Positions 7,892 to 15,093 of a stretch of DNA of 32,000 nt are shown here, in pieces. The translations under genes were made by a program, and so were the position numbers. Below the pieces are notes generated by a model, which made no database searches, was not told the origin of the DNA, and saw nothing but the letters and a program-made list of their open reading frames with translations. Where the stretch lies: NCBI GenBank assembly GCA_012735315.1, contig JAAYHS010000108.1:1-32000 (forward strand). Direction: 5' to 3'. How positions within the stretch are numbered: position 1 is the stretch's first letter; the number at the start of each line of letters is the position of its first letter. This DNA is from Bacillota bacterium (GTDB taxonomy: Bacteria; Bacillota; UBA4882; UBA8346).

Positions 7892-8526
7892 GGTTTAATT
7901 ATTCCCTCTTTTGGTTTAATCAGCCTGAATCTTTTTTCTTTTCTCCAATATCGCAGTCCTTCGGACCGGACAATATCCCCTTCTTGGATTAACTCCACAT
8001 TCCCCTCCAACAACACTTCCTCTTCCTCAAATTTCATCGTCATTTTATCGGCCGTAGCGTATAGATCTTTCTCGGTATATCGGACCGGCGAGAGACAATG
8101 CAATTCCTCGGTTTTGTACTTCATTACCGCCTTATCGGTGGTAAAAAATTCATCATCCCGCCAAGCTTCCAAACCGCCGCTGATATTCAGTTCTTCACGG
8201 GCTCTTTCCCAACGGGCCCAATTGGCTTTAAAATGAATCTCGCCATCATTCTCGGTATAAATTATCCCATGATTGATCTCTTCAAAATAAACCTGATTGC
8301 CGTCGGACGTTTCCCAGATCTTCGTTGCTTTGATTTTCCAGACCAACTCTTGATCGTCCCAGCCGGTGAGTACGCTATTATACATCACCGACGATGGATT
8401 CGAAGGCTGAATTTTATTAGTGGTCTCCGGCAATCCCTTAAAAAAAACTTCCCACCAACCGCCGATGAAACCCAAAGCGATGAAACCCGCCAAAACAGAA
8501 ATCCCAATCAGCGTTTTTTTACTCAT
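7888..8526 (-). CDS. lptC: Membrane-anchored LptC-like protein
   Basis: A single N-terminal TM segment (LIGISVLAGFIALGFIGGWW) precedes a beta-rich domain with an OstA/LptC-like segment, LLEGNVELIQEGDIVRSEGLRY. It overlaps the lptD stop by 8 nt and the lptA start by 4 nt. Confidence 0.6.
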   Translation of the reverse strand: MSKKTLIGISVLAGFIALGFIGGWWEVFFKGLPETTNKIQPSNPSSVMYNSVLTGWDDQELVWKIKATKIWETSDGNQVYFEEINHGIIYTENDGEIHFKANWARWERAREELNISGGLEAWRDDEFFTTDKAVMKYKTEELHCLSPVRYTEKDLYATADKMTMKFEEEEVLLEGNVELIQEGDIVRSEGLRYWRKEKRFRLIKPKEGIIKP

Positions 8527-10657
8527 AATTCAAAAGCTCCATTGGATTTTCAGCCGTATTGAATCTGGCCTGCGGGAAGGCTTTGAAAGTCAGCTGCAGC
8601 CAATATTGGCGTTCAATCCAATCATAATGGAATTCCACGTCCCGGCAGTGCCAGTTGTAGGTTAAACCCGCATTGGCGTTGGAAAAGTCGTCAATTAACA
8701 TATTATAGTTCATCCGCAGATTAACCTTCCAGTTCGGATTAAGCTGTTCGGTCAATTCCAAATCCAAACGTTTTGCAGACCACAATTGAGAGATGAAATT
8801 GTAATTTAAAGCAAGACTTAAACGCCAATCTTTGCGGGGCGTCGAATTAATACTCAGACTGGTTGTCCCAAACCCCGTATCATACCGGGGACCGTTATCC
8901 CAATAATAAATCGTTCCAAAATTAACCGAAGTGGAGTTGTAAAACAAACTTGCGCCGAAGTTGGCCGGGTATGCGTATTCCGTTTCAAAGTTATATCCGG
9001 TATTAAAATTAGCCCTAAATATTTTACCATTCCAATACCAATAATTCCAGATATCCGCGCCGGGTCTGATATCGTCGTTACCGGTAAAAAAGGTGTTTGT
9101 CAAACCTTGGACCTCGGTAAAACCCATCTTCACGGTTGTCGACAATTTGTCGGTGAAATTGTTCGTCAAATTTAACGATTCGGTTAACGCCCCGACCTCG
9201 GAAGGAATGTCGTTTATTACATAACTGCGACAGCGCAGTTGTATTTCATTCGTCAAACTCAACCGGCCTTTTGCCCAGAGACTATTGGTCTTCATAATAT
9301 CCAGGGCGGCCCGGTCCCCTTCGGTCGCAACGCCGGTATAAGTATTTAACGTTTCTTTATGGGTGTATTGGGTAGTCGTTTTAATCTTCCCTACCAGCGG
9401 AGCGTTTAATTGATGAATCGTGTAGGTAATATCCGGAAAGATGCTTTCATTGAGGGAAATATTTCTTTCCGACAGCTTAAAAGCGAGATCGGAATTGTCC
9501 CAGCGCTTAAATAAATCGAAATAATAATCCATCCTCGGTTCGTCATAACCTCTTCTTTCGCTGTCGAGCCATTGGCCTTTCAAGAAAATATTAAAAGTAG
9601 GATCAAAATAATACTCCCAACTCTGATCGAGATAGGTTTCCGGAAGGCCCAATTCCTCTTTAATGTCGTGATAAAACTTTATGTTGGGATAAGGAGACTG
9701 CCCTTTAAGATTTAACACCAATTCACTCTCGTAATAATTGTCCCCTTTATAAGTATACCGGTTCCAAGCATTGAGCCAAGCCTCGTAATTCATCTTCGGA
9801 TTAGTCCGATCTTCATACTTTAACCCCAACCGATAATCATCATTGTAATTACCGATTTTGTCGTTGTCCAAGAACTCGAAGGTTTCAGTAAAGGTCCTCG
9901 TCGGGGTAAGTTTGTTGATATGTTGCAATTCCCAGCGGTCAACGCCGTGTTCGGTGGTTTTATTACGAACCATTAAGGAATTAGAATTATTGTCGCTAAA
10001 GTAATATGTATACCACCACAGGAGCCACCATCCCTCGGAGTTATTCCACCCGACTTGCGCCCCAAAGTTGTTGCTGTCTTCCTCCAACGAAATAAATAGG
10101 ACCGGAAGATAAAACAACGGCACCCGGTGCTCCCAATACCAAACATGGTGCATTTTAATTCGATCGCCCGGCAGGTACTCAATTTTTTTGGCTGTAAAAT
10201 GATAGTGGGGTTTCTCCAGATCACATCCGGTTAAATATGACTTTTTAAAAAGGACCTCCTCGCTCTTTAAAAAAGCCTCGGCCGCCGTAAATATCAGCGG
10301 TTCCGCGATTTGATCGTCGATAACCTCGGTTACAACCGGATAAATCCATCCCCGTTGCGTTTCGAGGTAATATAAAAACCGGTCGCCGTTGAATTCGTCG
10401 TTTTCCTTAACCAAATATACATTTCCGGTCGCCAATAAAATGTTTTCCTCATGGTCGATGATGGCGTGATCGCACTCCACTCTGGTTTCTTTGTAACTGA
10501 TGCGGACATTCCCGTTGGCTTCAATCTGCTTGGTGTGATAATCGTAATAAATTTCATCAGCGGAAATAGTCACTCGGACCGTTTCCGCCCGGACGGGTCG
10601 CCCAAATACCGGCAACAAAAAAATTAGAATAACCGTAATCAAGTAACAAAAACGCAT
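8519..10657 (-). CDS. lptD: LptD (OstA)-like outer-membrane LPS-assembly protein
   Basis: Signal peptide, then an OstA N-domain (ISADEIYYDYHTKQIEANGNVRISYKETRVECDHAIIDHEENILLATGNVYL). About 550 aa of W/Y/N-rich alternating sequence follows, consistent with a large beta-barrel. Four mature Cys are present: two in the N-domain, one mid-barrel and one near the C-terminus. ATG is at 10655-10657 with an SD (TGAGG) overlapping the lptF/G stop region. Confidence 0.75.
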   Translation of the reverse strand: MRFCYLITVILIFLLPVFGRPVRAETVRVTISADEIYYDYHTKQIEANGNVRISYKETRVECDHAIIDHEENILLATGNVYLVKENDEFNGDRFLYYLETQRGWIYPVVTEVIDDQIAEPLIFTAAEAFLKSEEVLFKKSYLTGCDLEKPHYHFTAKKIEYLPGDRIKMHHVWYWEHRVPLFYLPVLFISLEEDSNNFGAQVGWNNSEGWWLLWWYTYYFSDNNSNSLMVRNKTTEHGVDRWELQHINKLTPTRTFTETFEFLDNDKIGNYNDDYRLGLKYEDRTNPKMNYEAWLNAWNRYTYKGDNYYESELVLNLKGQSPYPNIKFYHDIKEELGLPETYLDQSWEYYFDPTFNIFLKGQWLDSERRGYDEPRMDYYFDLFKRWDNSDLAFKLSERNISLNESIFPDITYTIHQLNAPLVGKIKTTTQYTHKETLNTYTGVATEGDRAALDIMKTNSLWAKGRLSLTNEIQLRCRSYVINDIPSEVGALTESLNLTNNFTDKLSTTVKMGFTEVQGLTNTFFTGNDDIRPGADIWNYWYWNGKIFRANFNTGYNFETEYAYPANFGASLFYNSTSVNFGTIYYWDNGPRYDTGFGTTSLSINSTPRKDWRLSLALNYNFISQLWSAKRLDLELTEQLNPNWKVNLRMNYNMLIDDFSNANAGLTYNWHCRDVEFHYDWIERQYWLQLTFKAFPQARFNTAENPMELLNYE

Positions 10658-10667
10658 TATTGCCTCA

Positions 10668-11744
10668 TTATTTCCGTTGTTCGGTTACTGCTAGTAAAAA
10701 AATGCCAATCATTAGAAAACAGAGGTTGGGCACCCAGGCCGCCGCCCACGGCGCGATTAACCCGTTCACTCCCATTGTCCTGCCGATTACTTGCAGGGCA
10801 TAATAACCCATAATGATTAAAAAACAAAGCACCAAACCCAGCCAGCGGGAATTGCGGCCGGTCACTACGGTTAAAGGCGTGGCCAAAAAAACCAAGGTCA
10901 AAGAAATGATCGGATCGGAAAACTTGGATTGATAAAAAACTTGGAACGCCGGGACATTCAAACCACTGCGCCTGTATAAATCGATCATCTTTAATAATTC
11001 CGTGGTCCGCATTTCATTTGGCCCCTTTTCTTCGCTGATAAACCCCCGATAATCCCTGCTCATCACCAATTCCATCTTTTCAAAAAAGAGTTCGGAACGG
11101 ATCGCGCCCTCTTCGTTAAATTCATGGATGAATCCCCGGTACAATTCCCAAATCCCTTTTTCCATCCGGCCTTGTTCCGCGGTAATAATCCGCGGCCATC
11201 TGCCCCCCGTCTCAATGATCAATACCCCTCCGATGATCCCGGTTTTCCGTTCGACTTTTCTCAAGTAAATAAACCGGTTTTGCGGCGCTTTAAAGACCAC
11301 ATTCTCCCTGAACAACGGAAAATCCTGTTTCACCGACATCCGCCGCAGTTCGACTTCAAAACGGTGATTAGCCGAAGGCACCACGTAATCATTCCAAAAA
11401 AATGCTGCGACGCAAATGATCGCCACGCCGACAAATACCGGCAGCATTATTTTCATCAGACTGACTCCGCTGGTCCGAATCACATCAAGTTCCCGCTCCC
11501 GAAGCATCCTGCCTAAAAAAAGGATTACCCCGAAAAGCGCCGCCGCCGGAATAACATCCATCAACAACGCCGGGATTTGGTTGAGTAAAAGAATCCCCAG
11601 TAATCGAGGAGTAACCCGGTATCCGATAAACAAGTCGTTATAATCGAAAAAGATCTTACCGACCCCTAAGGCGGTAAAACCAAGTCCGCAGATAAGAAAT
11701 TGTTGAATGAATTCATTCCAGACATATCGGTTTATTAATCGCAC
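10668..11744 (-). CDS. LptF/LptG-family LPS export permease (YjgP/YjgQ)
   Basis: MRLINRYVWNEFIQQFLICGLGFTAL... is a typical YjgP/YjgQ N-terminus. The topology is 3 TM, a periplasmic beta-jellyroll insert, then 3 TM. GTG start is at 11742-11744 with AAGAGG upstream. Only one paralogue is present in this window. Confidence 0.85.
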   Translation of the reverse strand: MRLINRYVWNEFIQQFLICGLGFTALGVGKIFFDYNDLFIGYRVTPRLLGILLLNQIPALLMDVIPAAALFGVILFLGRMLRERELDVIRTSGVSLMKIMLPVFVGVAIICVAAFFWNDYVVPSANHRFEVELRRMSVKQDFPLFRENVVFKAPQNRFIYLRKVERKTGIIGGVLIIETGGRWPRIITAEQGRMEKGIWELYRGFIHEFNEEGAIRSELFFEKMELVMSRDYRGFISEEKGPNEMRTTELLKMIDLYRRSGLNVPAFQVFYQSKFSDPIISLTLVFLATPLTVVTGRNSRWLGLVLCFLIIMGYYALQVIGRTMGVNGLIAPWAAAWVPNLCFLMIGIFLLAVTEQRK

Positions 11745-11825
11745 GGCCGACCTCTTGCATTTTCTCTGATTGAATCGGCGTCTCGGCTCCGGTTGCCGAA
11801 CTTGCCGCCGAAAAAATCGACTTAC

Positions 11826-11850
11826 TAAAAAAGCGCCTCCGGCGCTTTTT
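11826..11850 (-). terminator. Rho-independent terminator downstream of lpxD (symmetrical, A-tract/T-tract flanked)
   Basis: AAAAAAGCGCC-tcc-GGCGCTTTTT. The stem is AGCGCC/GGCGCT at 11832-11846, with T runs on both strands. It separates the tamB..lpxD block from the lptFG-D-C-A block. Confidence 0.65.
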
Positions 11851-11973
11851 AAACGGGATTGTTCGTTTCGCCAACCAAAATGAACTGAAACAAATAAAAC
11901 TTGACGTTTAGTAACCCCGATTTAGAGACTACTTCGCCAAGTTTTATCAAAATCCTGCCAAAATCAGCCGCTG

Positions 11974-12999
11974 TTAAGGACAAACTCTTTTTTCCAAGTC
12001 CGCTACTTTCTTTTGAAGTTCTCTGAAATCTTTCAGCAGTTCCGGCAGGCGGCCTGCCGCCGCTTGGATCCGCATGTCTTGAGCATGAGGACGAGCCGGA
12101 ATGCCTGAAACATAAGAATTTGGCGGTAAACTGTTAATAACCATCGAATTAGCGGCAACCACCGAATCGTTCCCCAATTGGATATGGCCGACAGCCGAGG
12201 ACTTACCGGCCATAATGACGCGGTCTCCCAATTTGGTGCTTCCGGCGATGCCCACCAAAGAAATGATGATATTATCTTCGCCTATTTCGACATTATGACC
12301 GACTTGGACCAAATTATCGATTTTGGCGCCCCTTCTAACCCGTGTCACACCGGTGGTGGCGCGGTCAATGGTAACATTCGCCCCTATTTCCACATCATCT
12401 TCGATAATAACTTTACCCACTTGCGGGACCTTGTAATGTTTACCGTTTTCAGTGACATAACCGAATCCGTCGGCGCCGATTACCGTACCGGCGTGTATTT
12501 GGACACTGTTCCCGATCAAACAGTCTTCACGGATCACCACGTTGGAATGAATGACCGATTTGGCGCCGATCTGCACCCTGTCTTCGATTATCGCCCCGGG
12601 GTAAATAATAGCGCCTTCACCGATGGTCACGTCATTCCCGATAAAAACCAACGGACCGATTTCCGCGCCGGCCCCGTTAAAATTTTCACCGATAACGGCT
12701 GTGGGGTGGATCCCCGGCTTACAAACCCGCGGCGGATTAAAAAAAGCTAACAGCTGCGCAAAAGCCAGTCTGGGATTGGGGACGCGGATCGCCGGCTTGG
12801 ATGATTCGCCGACATTGGCGGGAACAATTACAGCCGCCGCCTTGCTTTGAAGAGCGGTCCCCAAAACACGCGCCGTTGCGGCCATGGTAATTTCACCGGG
12901 ACCGACGCTATCCAGCCCTTTAATCCCTTTGATTTCGATGTTTCCGTCGCCTATTACCTCTCCGGACACCAGTTTTGCTAAATCCTTTAATAGTGGCAT
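11974..12999 (-). CDS. lpxD: UDP-3-O-acylglucosamine N-acyltransferase LpxD
   Basis: The LpxD N-terminal domain is LAKLVSGEVIGDGNIEIKGIKGLDSVGPGEITMA. A long left-handed beta-helix of hexapeptide repeats follows (IGENF, IGPLVFIGNDVTIGEGAIIYPGAIIEDRVQIGAKSVIHSNVVI and so on), then a C-terminal helix. ATG has AAGGAG upstream and lies 29 nt after skp. Confidence 0.9.
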   Translation of the reverse strand: MPLLKDLAKLVSGEVIGDGNIEIKGIKGLDSVGPGEITMAATARVLGTALQSKAAAVIVPANVGESSKPAIRVPNPRLAFAQLLAFFNPPRVCKPGIHPTAVIGENFNGAGAEIGPLVFIGNDVTIGEGAIIYPGAIIEDRVQIGAKSVIHSNVVIREDCLIGNSVQIHAGTVIGADGFGYVTENGKHYKVPQVGKVIIEDDVEIGANVTIDRATTGVTRVRRGAKIDNLVQVGHNVEIGEDNIIISLVGIAGSTKLGDRVIMAGKSSAVGHIQLGNDSVVAANSMVINSLPPNSYVSGIPARPHAQDMRIQAAAGRLPELLKDFRELQKKVADLEKRVCP

Positions 13000-13028
13000 T
13001 GGTCTACTCCTTTACCATCATCGCTGAT

Positions 13029-13451
13029 TTATTGTTTATTTAATTCCCTGATTACATCTTCGGTAATATTGTAAGCGCAATACAGGTAAATCTGATCCGA
13101 GGCGACCGCCTTATACCCTTTTTGTTTGGCCACTTTTTCAATAGCCGTTCTCACTTTGGAAGTAAACTCCTTTTGTTTTTCTGCTTTATACCTTTCAAAC
13201 TCCAAGTTGATGGCTTGTTTTTCCTGATCATTTTTAGCCTTTTGAAACTTGGCGGATAAATCCTTCCCCTTGGCCTGGACTTCTTCATTAATCTTTTTGC
13301 TTAAATCACTCTGTTCCTCTATTTTTTGAATATCAACCGTGGCCAAATTAAATGAAAAAGCATTAACCGCCCAAATTAATCCCGTTAATAACAATAAGGA
13401 TCCAAGGATAATCGCTCCCGGCGCCAACCATTTATTTTGATTATTAATCAT
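13029..13451 (-). CDS. skp: OmpH/Skp-family periplasmic chaperone (copy 2)
   Basis: Signal/anchor segment, then ATVDIQKIEEQSDLSKKINEEVQAKGKDLSAKFQKAK...EFERYKAEKQKEF...IEKVAKQKGYKAV, the Skp-type pattern. Start is ATG 13449-13451 with GGAGG 7 nt upstream. The track's longer ORF overlaps the upstream gene. Confidence 0.75.
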   Translation of the reverse strand: MINNQNKWLAPGAIILGSLLLLTGLIWAVNAFSFNLATVDIQKIEEQSDLSKKINEEVQAKGKDLSAKFQKAKNDQEKQAINLEFERYKAEKQKEFTSKVRTAIEKVAKQKGYKAVASDQIYLYCAYNITEDVIRELNKQ

Positions 13452-13470
13452 TATTTTTCCTCCAAAAATA

Positions 13471-14358
13471 TTAGTCTTTATTTTGAAACCGGCGTAGTTC
13501 AATAGCTTGCTCCACTTCGCTTTGGCGTTGATCGATCCACTGCCTGAACTCATCAAATTGCCGGTTTCGAAAAAGATTTAATTCTTCAGTGATAAGCCGC
13601 TGCGATTCACGTCGCAATTCATTTACTTCACGGTGATAATCGGCGGTTCTTTGTCTTTCATAAAGCTCGTATTCATGCTCCAGTTCCCGCTTATATTCTT
13701 CCGTCTTTTTGATTATATCATTCCTGATTTGATTGATCCACCGCTCAATTCGCTCCGCTTCAGTTTGCTGATCTTGACTGTCGAAATTGAAGATGAGCAT
13801 CTTTTTTTGTAATTCTAAATTAATTATCGTCAATTGATGCTGTTTTACCAAGCTCTTACGGTAGTCATTCAATGCCTGATCGCGCCGTTTTTTTTCCAAA
13901 GTTAAATCCGCTTCGAACTTGGCTTTGGCCAGTTTTAAATTCTCGACCTCTTTCGCCCTATACTCCCGCAAAATTTTACGTTGATACTCGCGATAAGCCC
14001 GGTTCGTCTCCGACAGCTTACCCAAAATCTCTTCTTCATGGATCCGTTTAATCTCGTTAATTTGTTTTTCAACAGCCTCATTGATCGGATTCGTCAACTC
14101 TAAATCCGTTCGGGAATTAGGGTTAATATTTTTTTTTTCCCAACCCCGGCCTAAACTTGACAGTTTATCTCCGATTTTCCGATAACGCGACCATTCGGCG
14201 TCAAATTTATTTTTTTCGCTGATTAATTGCTGACTTTTACTAATAATGATCCGGTTTTCCGACTCAATTAAAAAATAACCAATCCAGAATAAAAATATTA
14301 AACTTAAACAACACCCGGCGGTTATTAACCACCATTTAAGCTTCTGATCCGGCTTCAT
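13471..14358 (-). CDS. N-terminally membrane-anchored, highly charged coiled-coil protein, unknown family
   Basis: One TM segment (WWLITAGCCLSLIFLFWIGYFLI) is followed by ~260 aa of E/K/R/Q-rich helical sequence with heptad-like character. It sits between two skp genes. It contains an A10 homopolymer at 14129-14138. Confidence 0.6.
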   Translation of the reverse strand: MKPDQKLKWWLITAGCCLSLIFLFWIGYFLIESENRIIISKSQQLISEKNKFDAEWSRYRKIGDKLSSLGRGWEKKNINPNSRTDLELTNPINEAVEKQINEIKRIHEEEILGKLSETNRAYREYQRKILREYRAKEVENLKLAKAKFEADLTLEKKRRDQALNDYRKSLVKQHQLTIINLELQKKMLIFNFDSQDQQTEAERIERWINQIRNDIIKKTEEYKRELEHEYELYERQRTADYHREVNELRRESQRLITEELNLFRNRQFDEFRQWIDQRQSEVEQAIELRRFQNKD

Positions 14359-14381
14359 TTAAGCGGGGTAGTCTCCTTGCC

Positions 14382-14972
14382 TTATTTTTTTGAGTTTTTA
14401 CTCTCTTCTTCCGCTTGTTTTTTGGCTTTCTCGATTACATCCTTGGTTAAATCCTTGCCGCCGTGATATACCGCATTTTTGTCTAAAACAACGGATATAT
14501 TTTTATCATCGGCAACTTCGCCGATTAACTTCCGCACTTTATCCCAAACGGCCTGATCCTTTTGTCTTAGATAATTTTGAATCTCCGCAAATTTATCGGA
14601 CAATTGGGCGTTCAATTCCTCGCCCTTTTTCTTGATTTCATTTTGTAATTTCTTATCGAGCTCTGCTTTTTCAGCGTCTGATTTCCCGGCTTTCAGTTTG
14701 GTATACTTATTTTCCAAGTCTTTAAGATCCGTCTGGTGTTTCTGATATAGGCTCCCCCTGTACAAATTATATTCTAATTCTTTATCTTTGATTGTCTGTT
14801 GTAAACTCTGATAATCAGGCAATTCCCTGCGCAGCGTCTCCATGTCCACGTATCCGATTTTTACTGAAGCAGCGGAGGCGTCGGAATAATTACTAAACAA
14901 GATCATTCCTGTTAGCGCCACTATCCCCGCCATTAAAACTCCGATTAAGCGTCCAACTTTCTTCTTCAACAA
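14382..14972 (-). CDS. skp: OmpH/Skp-family periplasmic chaperone (copy 1)
   Basis: Signal peptide ending SDASAAS, then VKIGYVDMETLRRELPDYQSLQQTIKDKE...ELNAQLSDKFAEIQ...KLIGEVADDKNISVVLDKNAVYHGG, a typical OmpH pattern. TTG start is at 14970-14972 with AAAGGAG upstream. Confidence 0.8.
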   Translation of the reverse strand: MLKKKVGRLIGVLMAGIVALTGMILFSNYSDASAASVKIGYVDMETLRRELPDYQSLQQTIKDKELEYNLYRGSLYQKHQTDLKDLENKYTKLKAGKSDAEKAELDKKLQNEIKKKGEELNAQLSDKFAEIQNYLRQKDQAVWDKVRKLIGEVADDKNISVVLDKNAVYHGGKDLTKDVIEKAKKQAEEESKNSKK

Positions 14973-15018
14973 TTTCCGCTCCTTTACGAAATAAATTATT
15001 TATTTTTATTTGGGAATT

Positions 15019-15048
15019 AGAATACCATTAATTAATATTTGATATCAA
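15019..15048 (-). promoter_or_regulatory. Candidate promoter upstream of skp copy 1 (TTGATA-N18-TATTCT)
   Basis: On the minus strand TTGATA is at 15048-15043 and TATTCT at 15024-15019. The -35 is part of a TTGATATCAA palindrome. It lies in the AT-rich 121-nt gap after the 430-aa OMP gene. This is resemblance only. Confidence 0.3.
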
Positions 15049-15093
15049 TAAACGACCAAGCGCCTTAACCTACGGATAACACCGACTTTCAAG

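Noticed and set aside
12178-12750. 190-aa plus-strand ORF antisense to lpxD
   Set aside because: It is a shadow ORF. The hexapeptide-repeat coding sequence is stop-poor on the opposite strand. The sense strand gives an unmistakable LpxD, and the antisense product has no motif or SD.
13452-13556. Extension of skp copy 2 upstream to 13556
   Set aside because: It overlaps the 3' end of the coiled-coil gene. The internal ATG at 13451 has a GGAGG SD and yields a normal signal/anchor N-terminus.
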